The notes: generated by a model from the sequence alone, not told the origin. 64,000 bases of DNA from an uncultured delta proteobacterium (GCA_963745035.1 CAVUVW010000014.1:160001-224000), one strand, 5' to 3'. Counted from the stretch's first letter, positions 54,007 through 63,103 are shown. Translations and numbers: made by a program.

Positions 54007-54008
54007 AG

Positions 54009-54104
54009 CGAAGTCGAAGGATTCGCTCCGCTCAAACGTTTTGAACGGCTTGAACGCAGGCGCCGCGCCGGTTGAACGGAGTGACCGAAGGGAACGATTG
54101 AACG
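54009..54104. repeat. Composite GTTCAA/REP element, right part
   Basis: CGAAGTCGAAGGATTCGCTCCGCTCAAACGTTTTGAACGG...TTGAACGGAGTGACCGAAGGGAACGATTGAACG; matches 51336-51432. Confidence 0.88.
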
Positions 54105-54126
54105 ATGACTGCCGGCCGGCATTCCC

Positions 54127-54156
54127 TTGACACCTCCGTCAGGCGCACCCTATGAT
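54127..54156 (+). promoter_or_regulatory. Putative sigma70 promoter
   Basis: TTGACA-18 bp-TATGAT, 40 bp upstream of the TctC start. Confidence 0.55.
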
Positions 54157-54196
54157 CCGCGGGTGTTTCCGTTCTAATCGTAGGACCGGAGGGCCG

Positions 54197-55225
54197 ATGA
54201 AACGCTTCGCGTGCGTGCTATTATTTTTGCTGGCATCGACTAGCAATCTCCAAGCTCAGACCCCGTTCTATCAAGGCAAAACTATCCGGATCATCGTCGG
54301 CAATCTCGCCGGTGACGCCTACGATCTTTGGGCGCGAATCTTCGCGCAGCACATGGGCAAATACATCCCGGGAAATCCCACCTTCATCGTGCAGAACATG
54401 ACCGGAGCGGGAGGAGTGGTCGCGGCCAATTACGTTTATTCCGTGGCGAAGCCCGATGGGCTGACGCTGGGCACTTTCGGACCGTCGATGTACTTCGACC
54501 AACTGGCCAGGCGTCCCGAAGTGAAGTTCGACTGGGCGAAATTCACCTGGATCGGCACGCCGGAACAGACGGAATTTATCTTGATCATGCGGACCGATAC
54601 GCCGTACCAATCGATCGAGGACGTGCGCAAGGCCGCGCAGCCGCCGAAATGCGGCGCCACCGGCACGAGCACTTCCGGTTACTACATGCCGAAGTTTCTG
54701 GACGATGGGCTGGGGATCAAGTTCAACATCGTCACCGGGTATCCCGGCGGCGGCGAGATCGATCTCGGCATCGAGCGCGGCGAGCTGCAGTGCCGCAATC
54801 TGACGATCAGCACCTACTTCGCGCGCGAGCCTTTTCTAACCTGGCACAAGAAAGGTTTTGTCCGGCCGATCCTGCAAACGGCGAAGAAAAGAGATCCGCT
54901 CGTTTCCGACGTGCCCTCCATCTATGAGCTCATGGACCAACTCAAAACGCCTGAGGCGACGCGGCGAGTAGCGACCGTCTTGCTCGCGCCCGCGGTTTTC
55001 GGCCGGCCCATGGTGGCGACGCCGGGCGTGCCGCCGGACCGCGTGAAAATGCTGCGTGATGCCTATCACCGCTCGCTCAAAGACCCCGCGCTGCTCGAAG
55101 ACTTGAAGAAGCGGCGTTGGTCGGTGGACGCGATCAGCGGCGAGGAGCTGGCGAAGCTCGCGAAAGAAGTGGTGACCCAGCCGCCCGATGTCGTCGAGCG
55201 GATGATGAAACTCTTGGGTAACTAA
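54197..55225 (+). CDS. TctC/Bug-family binding protein
   Basis: FYQGKTIRIIVG, YIPGNP, QNMTGAGG, KPDGLT, GYPGGGE. Confidence 0.9.
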   Translation: MKRFACVLLFLLASTSNLQAQTPFYQGKTIRIIVGNLAGDAYDLWARIFAQHMGKYIPGNPTFIVQNMTGAGGVVAANYVYSVAKPDGLTLGTFGPSMYFDQLARRPEVKFDWAKFTWIGTPEQTEFILIMRTDTPYQSIEDVRKAAQPPKCGATGTSTSGYYMPKFLDDGLGIKFNIVTGYPGGGEIDLGIERGELQCRNLTISTYFAREPFLTWHKKGFVRPILQTAKKRDPLVSDVPSIYELMDQLKTPEATRRVATVLLAPAVFGRPMVATPGVPPDRVKMLRDAYHRSLKDPALLEDLKKRRWSVDAISGEELAKLAKEVVTQPPDVVERMMKLLGN

Positions 55226-55231
55226 GCTGAG

Positions 55232-55272
55232 CGTTCAAGTCGTTCAACCGCTGCTCTCCGTTCCAACCGTTT
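55232..55272. repeat. GTTCAA-family repeat module
   Basis: CGTTCAAGTCGTTCAACCGCTGCTCTCCGTTCCAACCGTT. Confidence 0.75.
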
Positions 55273-55289
55273 CGATAACGAGATTGCCA

Positions 55290-55574
55290 ATGAAATCGGA
55301 TGTCGAAAAAACTATTGAAGCCAGAGTAGCCGCTGCGTTCGAAGATATTCTCGCCGAGACTGGCGCTAACGCCAGGGATGAAATTCTGCGGGCCGCTCGC
55401 GACATGGTAAAGACCGTATGGACGGGTAAGATTTATGCCGCCTTGCCGAAGGATAAGACCACGATTCCTGAATACTTCCTCGACGCGGAACTCGAGCAGT
55501 TGCTAAACGAAGCCATCGAAGAATGTTATGCGCGGATATGCTCGATAGCAGAGCGGGCAAAAGAGCAATTGTAG
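55290..55574 (+). CDS. Small hypothetical protein
   Basis: 94-aa acidic, helical-looking ORF filling the intergenic space; no recognised motif. Confidence 0.45.
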   Translation: MKSDVEKTIEARVAAAFEDILAETGANARDEILRAARDMVKTVWTGKIYAALPKDKTTIPEYFLDAELEQLLNEAIEECYARICSIAERAKEQL

Positions 55575-55652
55575 CGATCCGCTACTGCCCTCCTTGAATT
55601 CGGAAGAAGTCCCGCTCCCGTCTCAGACTCGTTTTTCAACGGCTCAAGACTT

Positions 55653-56714
55653 TCATTGTTGCGCCATCTTCTTCACGATCTCGCGCGTTGGGCCTGTGGC
55701 GGCGCGAAAAACCGCGGCGTTGACGCGCTCCGCTTCTTCGCCGACAAAGGTCAGCGGCTGGAATTGCAGCATGCGTTCCGCCTCGGCTTTGAAGTCCGGG
55801 TCGGCGAAAGTGGCGGCGAATGCTTTTCGCATGATTTGCAGCAAGTCGTTGGGCGTTTTCGGCGGTGCAGTGATGAAGCGCAGCATGGTGCGCGAGCCGC
55901 CGGAGATCTTGTAAGCGTCGGCCAAAGGTCCGGACGGATCGCTGCCTTTCACCTTCCGGTAGAACTCGGGGAAAGACGGCAGCTCGGATCGAGTATCGCG
56001 CACCGTGCCGCCCTCGGGTCCGAGCAGGCCTTCCTGATAAAGCGGCACCACCGTGCCTTCGCGGACCATCAATGTGCCGCCCGTATTGTAGCCGGTCAAA
56101 CTTTCGGAGGTGACGTTGATCTCGCCGCGCTGCACGGCCACGCGAAGCTCGGCGACGCCCGCGTAACCCGTGACGTATCGGTAAGGAACGCCCAGGAGAT
56201 CGAACGCGAGACGCAGCGCCAGGTCTTTGTTGTTCTCGCGCGTGAAGCCGCCGACGATGATCGGCTTCGCCGGCTTTAGTATATCCGCCGCGTTTTTCAC
56301 CTCGGTATCCGTGCGCACATAGACAATCGAGGTCTCGGCGGCGCCGGCGATGATCGGCATCTTGTTCAGATCGTAGCGCACGCCCGAGCCGCCGAGGATT
56401 TGCGGCAAGTACATGCCGGAGAAAACACCGATGGTGAGCCCGTCGGGTTTGGCGATCTCGTAAACGTAGTTGGCGCCGATGATGCCGCCGGCGCCGGACA
56501 TGTTTTGCACCACGACCGCCGGGTTGCCGGCAACATGCTTGGGAAAGTAGCGGGCGATAAGCCTGCCGAATACATCCGTGGGACCGCCGGCCGAGAAGTT
56601 TATGAGAAAGCGTACAGTCTTGCCCTTGTAGTAGGGCTCTTGAGCATCGCTGCTTGTAAAGTGGCCCTGGAGCAGAAAGATGAGCAACCCGACGGCAAGA
56701 ACTCGTTTGTTCAT
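55653..56714 (-). CDS. TctC/Bug-family binding protein
   Basis: AGGAG RBS; YYKGKTV, AGGPTD, QNMSGAGG, KPDGLT, TGYAG. Confidence 0.9.
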   Translation of the reverse strand: MNKRVLAVGLLIFLLQGHFTSSDAQEPYYKGKTVRFLINFSAGGPTDVFGRLIARYFPKHVAGNPAVVVQNMSGAGGIIGANYVYEIAKPDGLTIGVFSGMYLPQILGGSGVRYDLNKMPIIAGAAETSIVYVRTDTEVKNAADILKPAKPIIVGGFTRENNKDLALRLAFDLLGVPYRYVTGYAGVAELRVAVQRGEINVTSESLTGYNTGGTLMVREGTVVPLYQEGLLGPEGGTVRDTRSELPSFPEFYRKVKGSDPSGPLADAYKISGGSRTMLRFITAPPKTPNDLLQIMRKAFAATFADPDFKAEAERMLQFQPLTFVGEEAERVNAAVFRAATGPTREIVKKMAQQ

Positions 56715-56787
56715 GGCTTGCTCCTGGTTCGCACGCGACAAAGTGAGGCGGATACTATCGCCCGGCACGTCGGGAGGTCAAGGAACA

Positions 56788-56988
56788 CTTCAAGAGTTCA
56801 AATCGTTCAATCCGTTCAACCGCTGCGCTCCGTTCAAAACGTTCAAATCAATGCAGGCGTCATGCAGGAGCCAAAAAGGCACCAGTCCGGAAACGCGTTC
56901 AAAAACGTTTTGCACGGCTTGAACGCAGGTCCTGAGGAAACTCGAAGGACGCCGATTGAACGGAGTGACCGAAGAGAACGGTTGAACG
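56788..56988. repeat. Composite GTTCAA element with both module orientations and a mini target-like hairpin
   Basis: CGTTCAATCCGTTCAACCGCTGCGCTCCGTTCAAAACGTTCAA ... GTCCTGAGGAAACTCGAAGGAC ... TTGAACGGAGTGACCGAAGAGAACGGTTGAACG. Confidence 0.85.
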
Positions 56989-57079
56989 CCGAATCCCACT
57001 GGGCAGTCACAGCTATTTCCAATCGGAACAAGAAGATATAAATGGTCGAAGACAGATGCCTGAGAGGAGAAACGGATCA

Positions 57080-58240
57080 GTGAAGCGCAGCACTCAAAGA
57101 ATTCTCACCACTCACGTCGGGAGCTTGCCCCGTCCCGCTGATATTTTGGAAATGAACGATGCTAGAGCGAACAGCCGCGCCGTCGATCACGCGACGTGGA
57201 GCGTGCGGGTGAAGAGCGCGATCGCGGAAGTCGTGCGGCTGCAGCGCGAGGCCGGCGTGGACATCGTCAACGACGGCGAGCTTTCCAAGTCGAGCTGGTC
57301 GAGCTACGTCAACGAGCGTCTCGGTGGATTTGCCGAGAGCGTCTCCCGGGGGCAAGGCTCCTTGGCGAAGGGCCGGGATAAGAAAGCCTTTCAAGAATTC
57401 TACGACGAGTACGACCGAATCCAACCTTTCAGAACCGTCAACGGCTCGCGCTGGACCGATTTGGTTTGTAACGCGCCGGTCGCGTACACGGGCCAGGCTG
57501 CGGTACAGATGGACATAGATAACCTGAAGGCGGCCTGTGCCTCCGCGGAAACGGACGAGGCGTTCATCACCGCCGTCGCCCCCGGCTCGATCATTACCAG
57601 GCGGATCAATCGATATTATCCGAACGACGAAGCCTTCCTTTTCGCCATTGCCGACGCGATGAAAACAGAGTACCAGGCCATCGTCGACGCCGGCTTCCTG
57701 CTGCAGATCGACGATCCGCAGCTTGTGACGCGCTACGACGCGGAAGATCCTCCGCCCGATGCCGAACAGTACCGCAGGCTCGCCGCAGTGCGTGTCGCGG
57801 CGCTCAACCATGCGCTGGCGGATATTCCACAGGACCGCGTGCGCTACCATATCTGCTGGGGCGGCTGGCACGGGCCGCACACGACGGACCTGCCGCTAAG
57901 AGATATCGTTGGCCTGCTGCTCGAGATCCGCGCCGGCGCCTATTTGATCGAGGCGGCCAACGCGCGCCACGAGCACGAGTGGCGCGTGTGGGAAAAAATA
58001 AAACTTCCGCCGGGCAAGATTCTCATCCCCGGCGTCGTCAGCCACGCCACCAACGTCGTCGAGCATCCCGAATTGGTAGCCGAGCGCATCCTGCGCTTTG
58101 CCAACTTGGTCGGCCGCGAGAACGTCATCGCCGGCACCGACTGCGGCCTCGGCGGACGACTCCATCGCCAGCTTGTCTGGGCGAAGCTCAAGTCACTATC
58201 GGAAGGCGCGCGCCTGGCGAGCCGGCAACTCTGGAGCTGA
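57080..58240 (+). CDS. Cobalamin-independent methionine synthase II family (epoxyalkane:CoM transferase-like branch)
   Basis: ILTTHVGSLPRP, NDGE, LQIDDP, YHICWG, GPHTTD, EAANARHEHEW, AGTDCGLG. Confidence 0.88.
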   Translation: MKRSTQRILTTHVGSLPRPADILEMNDARANSRAVDHATWSVRVKSAIAEVVRLQREAGVDIVNDGELSKSSWSSYVNERLGGFAESVSRGQGSLAKGRDKKAFQEFYDEYDRIQPFRTVNGSRWTDLVCNAPVAYTGQAAVQMDIDNLKAACASAETDEAFITAVAPGSIITRRINRYYPNDEAFLFAIADAMKTEYQAIVDAGFLLQIDDPQLVTRYDAEDPPPDAEQYRRLAAVRVAALNHALADIPQDRVRYHICWGGWHGPHTTDLPLRDIVGLLLEIRAGAYLIEAANARHEHEWRVWEKIKLPPGKILIPGVVSHATNVVEHPELVAERILRFANLVGRENVIAGTDCGLGGRLHRQLVWAKLKSLSEGARLASRQLWS

Positions 58241-58255
58241 GCAATGGAAATGCTT

Positions 58256-58307
58256 CGTTCAAACCGTTCAAGCCGTTCAACCGCTGCGCTCCGTTCAAAA
58301 CGTTTAA
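58256..58307. repeat. GTTCAA-family repeat module
   Basis: CGTTCAAACCGTTCAAGCCGTTCAACCGCTGCGCTCCGTTCAAAACGTTTAA. Confidence 0.85.
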
Positions 58308-58506
58308 GCAGAGACGCTTCCAAATGCGGCTTCGCCGCTCTAATGCAAAACCGAGATCGGAATATTTCGGGCAAGGACCGCAAGAAGCGCCAGATGTCAT
58401 TTCGACAACGGGAGAAATCTTCATAGTCTTCTGCCCTCGGGTTAAAGGCGCCTTGGACGAGAATAATAGTCTTGGTGCGACAATCCGATTGCTAACGAGG
58501 TCTGGA

Positions 58507-59505
58507 ATGACTTGTCGACGATGCTTCTTCGCTTTCGCTATTTTTGTCATGATCGGTACATCCGATCTGCACGCGCAAGGACCGCAGAGGATTCTCTTTC
58601 CTTATTCCGTGGTCAATTACAGCAGTTTGCCGTGGATGATCGCCAAGGATGCCGGGCTTTTTCGCAAGCACGACCTCGATGTTGATCTTATCTTCATGGG
58701 ATCGTCGGCGCTGATCATTCAGTCGATGCTTTCCGGCTCGGTGCCGGTCGCCGGCGTGGCGGGTCCGGCGATCATCTCCAGCGTCGTGAGCGGCGGCGAT
58801 GTGGTCACGGTCGCCAACCTCGCTCCGCTCACCATCGCGCTGATGGTGAAGCCGTCCATCGAAAAGCCGGAGGATCTGCGCGGCAAAAAGATCGGCGTGC
58901 CGCGGTTGGGCGCGGTCGCGCACTTCGCGATTCGCATGATTCTCGATCGCCACGGCATCAAAGATGCCACGATCCTGCAAATGGGCAGCCAGCCCGAAGC
59001 CGCCGCCGGCATGCGCCGCGACGCCATCGACGGCGCAATGATCTCGCTGCCATTGAACTACGTGCTGGCCAAGGAAGGTTATCGCCAGCTCGTTGGCCCT
59101 GAAGATTACCGAAAGCTGGGCATCCAGTTTATTTCCCAGGGCATCTCCGCGCGGAAATCGTACATCGCCAAGAATCGCGACGTGGTGTTGCGGCTGATGA
59201 AGGCGACCATGGAAGGATTGAAACTGATGGCGGCCCAGGAAAGCCAGGCAAAAAAGATTCTTGCCAAGTACACGCGGCAAACCGATCCCGAGTCCCTCGA
59301 CCGCGCCTATCGCTTCGGCCTCGAGACCCTCAACAAAGATCCGACGATCCCGCGCGAAGCGATCGTCTCCATGGTGCGTCTCATGGCCGACCTCGGCCTC
59401 GTCGATCGCGCAGCGGCAACCAACACCGCGCCCGAAGCGTTCTACGACAACAGCTTCGCCGATGAAATGAGGCGTACGGGGTTTTTGGCCGGACTATGGA
59501 AATAG
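58507..59505 (+). CDS. SsuA/NMT1-type substrate-binding protein
   Basis: Signal peptide, WMIAKDAGLFRKH, DLRGKKIGV, FYDNSF. Confidence 0.85.
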   Translation: MTCRRCFFAFAIFVMIGTSDLHAQGPQRILFPYSVVNYSSLPWMIAKDAGLFRKHDLDVDLIFMGSSALIIQSMLSGSVPVAGVAGPAIISSVVSGGDVVTVANLAPLTIALMVKPSIEKPEDLRGKKIGVPRLGAVAHFAIRMILDRHGIKDATILQMGSQPEAAAGMRRDAIDGAMISLPLNYVLAKEGYRQLVGPEDYRKLGIQFISQGISARKSYIAKNRDVVLRLMKATMEGLKLMAAQESQAKKILAKYTRQTDPESLDRAYRFGLETLNKDPTIPREAIVSMVRLMADLGLVDRAAATNTAPEAFYDNSFADEMRRTGFLAGLWK

Positions 59506-59785
59506 CGGAAGTGAGGCGAATCCTCCATGAGCCGGTCATTGAATTCGACTATGACCATCAGGGCAGGATCCACGAGATAAAATTGCCGGACGAACGGATT
59601 ATACTAGGTTCGAATACAAGTAGCGACCGCGCTGACCCAAGACGAGTAATCCATCCATCATAGGGAACCTGCCGCGACGCTGTTGACCAAATTACGATAT
59701 CGGATCTAACTGAGCGACGTTCGACGTCGATCCTAAAGCCACGCCAGCCTTTCTTGAGCGTACGGTTTCGTGTTAGACGAAGGAC

Positions 59786-61108
59786 ATGGACAACGTCGAT
59801 GCGAGTCGAGCTGCCGCACGCCTGCCGCTGTCCGTTCCATTTTATTATGGCTGGTTCATCGTCGCGCTGAGTTTTCTCGCCAATCTGACCGCCGCTGGGA
59901 TACGCTCGGCGCCCTCGGTGCTGATTCATCCCTTCGAAGCCGAGTTCGGCTGGTCGCGAACCGCGATCGCCACGGCCGCAAGTCTCAATCTCTTACTGCT
60001 CGGGCTGTTTGCGCCCATCGGCGGCTGGTTGATCGATCGACTCGGCGCGCGCCGCGTCATCCTCGGTTGTCTCGCGACCATCGTCGCGGGATTGATCGGC
60101 ACGGTTTTCGTCCAAGAGCTTTGGCAGCTCATTATTCTCTGGGGAGTCGTCCTGGGCGTCGCCACCGGTGTCACGCCGCCGCTCGGCGCCAGCATCGCGA
60201 GCCGCTGGTTCGTCGACCGGCGCGGCCTCGCCATCGGCATCATGACCAACGCCAACGCGGCGGGGCAGGTTGTCTATCTGCCGCTGCTGATGGCGATCAT
60301 CGTCGGCAGCGGCTGGCGCAGCGCGCTTTGGGCGATGGCGGCGGCCTCGGCCGTCTTACTGCCGGCGATTTGGTTTTGGATGCGCGATAGGCCCGCCGAC
60401 GTGGGGCTCGAGCCTTACACTGCCGCGCGGCCGAGCGATGCAAGGAAGCGCGGGATTTACGCGCGCGGCGAGATCCGTCCGATGTCGATATCGAGCATCT
60501 CCGAAGTATTCAAGACGTCGACGTTCTGGATTTTGAGCGGCTGTTTTTTTATCTGCGGCGTCACCGCCAACGGGCTCATCGGCACGCACTTGATTCCGCA
60601 CGCGATCGAGCGCGGCATACCGCAGATGACCGCGGCCATGGCCGTGGGGATCATGGGCGGGGCGAGCTTTGTCGGCACGACGTTTTCCGGCTGGATGGTC
60701 GATCGCGTCGATCCGCGCAAAGTGCTCGCGGTAGTCTACGCTTTGCGCGGCTCATCGCTTTTCATTCTACCGTACGTGTCGGAATCGCCGGGTCTGTTTC
60801 TCTTCGCGGTCCTCTACGGACTTGACTGGTACGCGTCGGGTCCGGCGACGACGACGATTATCGCGCGCATCTTCGGGCCGGAGCGGGTCGGCAGCATTTT
60901 CGGCCTGGTGTTCGTCTTCCACCAACTCGGCGGCGCCGGCGCGGCGATCGGCGGCGGCTGGGCACGCGTTCATTTCGGCGATTATCAATACGCCTTTCTC
61001 GCCGGCGGATGTCTGGGATTGCTCGCGGCTTGCCTGGCTCTCACGGTGCGCTCGACCGAGCGGCCTGCCGCCGCCATGCCTTTAAAAACGGAATTCGCCG
61101 GAGCGTGA
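59786..61108 (+). CDS. MFS transporter (monocarboxylate/OFA-like)
   Basis: FYYGWFIV, EFGWSR, IDRLGARR, RWFVDRRGLAIG, HQLGGA. Confidence 0.9.
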   Translation: MDNVDASRAAARLPLSVPFYYGWFIVALSFLANLTAAGIRSAPSVLIHPFEAEFGWSRTAIATAASLNLLLLGLFAPIGGWLIDRLGARRVILGCLATIVAGLIGTVFVQELWQLIILWGVVLGVATGVTPPLGASIASRWFVDRRGLAIGIMTNANAAGQVVYLPLLMAIIVGSGWRSALWAMAAASAVLLPAIWFWMRDRPADVGLEPYTAARPSDARKRGIYARGEIRPMSISSISEVFKTSTFWILSGCFFICGVTANGLIGTHLIPHAIERGIPQMTAAMAVGIMGGASFVGTTFSGWMVDRVDPRKVLAVVYALRGSSLFILPYVSESPGLFLFAVLYGLDWYASGPATTTIIARIFGPERVGSIFGLVFVFHQLGGAGAAIGGGWARVHFGDYQYAFLAGGCLGLLAACLALTVRSTERPAAAMPLKTEFAGA

Positions 61109-61398
61109 AAGCAGCGTGCGGGTTTCTAGTTGGAGTTTGCGTTCAACCGCCATGCGGATCATTGACGGAACCCGCGCGCGGCGCGCCCTGAGACGGAGGG
61201 CAAGGGCGCGACATCTGGAATGCTTTCGCGAGCCTCTACACAAACCAGTGAACCGTCAGCCGCGGCTCGGCCTAACGCAGAGGTCGGTCGCCGCTCGTGA
61301 TTTTGGTGTTCGAGCCTCACCTTGTTTGGTAGCCGGTGGGTTGATAATTTCCCCCGACCCGAATATTGCAGTTCGACATAAGATCAGAGGAGCTAGAC

Positions 61399-62229
61399 AT
61401 GGAGATCCAATTACAACAGCTCGGCAAGCGGGCCTTTGCCGTGATCGGCGAAGACGGCAATACAAACTTCGGCATTGTGCGCGGCGATGACGGCTCTGCG
61501 CTGCTGATCGATGCCGATATCCGGCGTATGGATGAGATCGACGAGGGGCTTAAGCGCGCCGATTGCCGCAGTGTCAGATACCTGTTTATCACCCACGAGA
61601 ACTTCGATCATTGTTCGGCCAATTACTTTTACGAGCAATCCGGCACCGTGGTGATCGCAAGCCGGGGCTGCATGGAGGCGTTGGTCGATGATGGCGACGC
61701 CAAATTCTCAGAGATGTCGAGCCGATCACCGGAGCTGTTCACGCGCTACCCGGGATTGAAGATGAGTCTGCCGCAGGTAGTTTTTCCCGATACGCTCACC
61801 GTGCGCTTGCCCGGCGCCACTGTGCAACTGCGCCATTTCAATCAGAGTCACAGCCGCGGCGACGCGACGGCCTATTATGCCGAGGAAGAAATTTTTTTCG
61901 CCGGTGATCTGCTGTATACCCAATATCATCCGGTCACGATCTATGGCCGAATCCCGAGCTGGATCGACACACTGGCGGGACTCGACAGTTTCAGTTACTC
62001 CAAGATCGTCCCCGGGCACGGGCCGTGCGGCGAGACTCTCGCCGTGGGCCGGCAACAAATTCAGGAATTCAAAATCTATCTGGAGATATTTTTGCGCCGG
62101 CTCGAGCAGGCGAGGTCCGGAGACAAAACCGCGCAGGAGATCATCGACGAAACGCACACCGCGTATCCGTCATTCGGCAAGCGCTGGATGGTCAAAAGAA
62201 ATGTCGAGTATTTTCTCGGCCACGTTTAA
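61399..62229 (+). CDS. Metallo-beta-lactamase-fold hydrolase
   Basis: THENFDH, HSRGD, FAGDLL, VPGHG. GAGGAG RBS. Confidence 0.85.
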   Translation: MEIQLQQLGKRAFAVIGEDGNTNFGIVRGDDGSALLIDADIRRMDEIDEGLKRADCRSVRYLFITHENFDHCSANYFYEQSGTVVIASRGCMEALVDDGDAKFSEMSSRSPELFTRYPGLKMSLPQVVFPDTLTVRLPGATVQLRHFNQSHSRGDATAYYAEEEIFFAGDLLYTQYHPVTIYGRIPSWIDTLAGLDSFSYSKIVPGHGPCGETLAVGRQQIQEFKIYLEIFLRRLEQARSGDKTAQEIIDETHTAYPSFGKRWMVKRNVEYFLGHV

Positions 62230-62411
62230 GATTGTAGAAAGATTACACGCCCTAGTCGCACATGGCGGGGATCTTTGTCAGCTACCGTGGGGACGATAGC
62301 CGAGACATTGGTGGACCGGCTGGCGCCAGGACGATACGGCCGAGCAGGTCACCGGAGACCAATGGAGGCCGCTGACAAAAAATTTCTTTGCGGCGCATCG
62401 CCGCGCAAGGC

Positions 62412-62442
62412 AAAAAAAAGGGAGGCGTTTCGCCTCCCTTTT
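62412..62442. terminator. Bidirectional intrinsic terminator between convergent genes
   Basis: A8-GGGAGGCG-TTT-CGCCTCCC-T4. Confidence 0.85.
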
Positions 62443-62459
62443 GGATGGTGCAGGAACCG

Positions 62460-62900
62460 TTACTGCACGTTGATCTGGATCTGCCGCGGCTTGGCCTCTT
62501 CCGCCTTTGCTACCCGGACCTCGAGGATACCGTCTTTGTAGCTGGCTTCGATGCCGTCCTGCTTCGCGTTCTCGGGCAGGGTGAATGAACGCCAGAACTT
62601 GGCGGCGACCCGTTCTACGTGGCGGTATTCCACGCCGTCCGCCGGCTTCTCGGACTTCATCTCCCCGCTGAGCACCAGCGATCCGTCTTTTACTTCGACT
62701 TTGATGTCTTCCTTTTTCATGCCGGGAAGCTCAGCGCGAATCAGATACGCATCCTTGCTTTCCAGGACATCCACAGCGGGATGCCACTTCGACAAACTCC
62801 GTTGTGCCGGAGCGCGATCGAAAGCGCCATCGAAAAGGTCGTCAAAGACGGAATGCAGATTGCCCAAACCCGTAAATGGTTCCCATCTTACTAGTTCCAT
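62460..62900 (-). CDS. Hsp20/alpha-crystallin small heat-shock protein
   Basis: PAVDVLE, AELPGM, FWRSFTLP, ASYKDGILEV, KPRQIQI. AGGAGG RBS. Confidence 0.95.
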   Translation of the reverse strand: MELVRWEPFTGLGNLHSVFDDLFDGAFDRAPAQRSLSKWHPAVDVLESKDAYLIRAELPGMKKEDIKVEVKDGSLVLSGEMKSEKPADGVEYRHVERVAAKFWRSFTLPENAKQDGIEASYKDGILEVRVAKAEEAKPRQIQINVQ

Positions 62901-63103
62901 AACTGTTTCCTCCTTTATGACAGAAAACTAAGCACGCCTTTTCAGACCGTCAAGCCGCTTGACAAAGGGCCTTGCCGTGCTTAATGGCGGTTTTTCTTTG
63001 GCCAATATTTAGCTGCGCGGGAAAGGGTCGTTCGAGGTTCAAAGCTTCAAGGCTTCGCGCCGGCGCAGGAAATTCGCCTAGCACCGAGAAGTTTTTTGGC
63101 CGG

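Larger units (their letters stand above)
52582..54008 (+). mobile_element. IS110-family (IS1111-type) insertion sequence, copy 2, 1427 bp, intact
   Basis: Ends defined by both copies and the empty site. Sub-terminal inverted repeats TATG(A)TGGATGTC / GACATCCACATA; AG at both junctions; ~200-bp downstream non-coding region. Confidence 0.97.

Noticed and set aside
51272-58307. GTTCAA repeats as a CRISPR array
   Set aside because: No constant-length repeat-spacer periodicity, units are dispersed across intergenic regions in both orientations, and there are no cas genes.
57979-58506. N-terminal extension of the 508-aa binding-protein ORF
   Set aside because: It runs through the MetE-like gene end and a repeat; the signal peptide begins at 58507.
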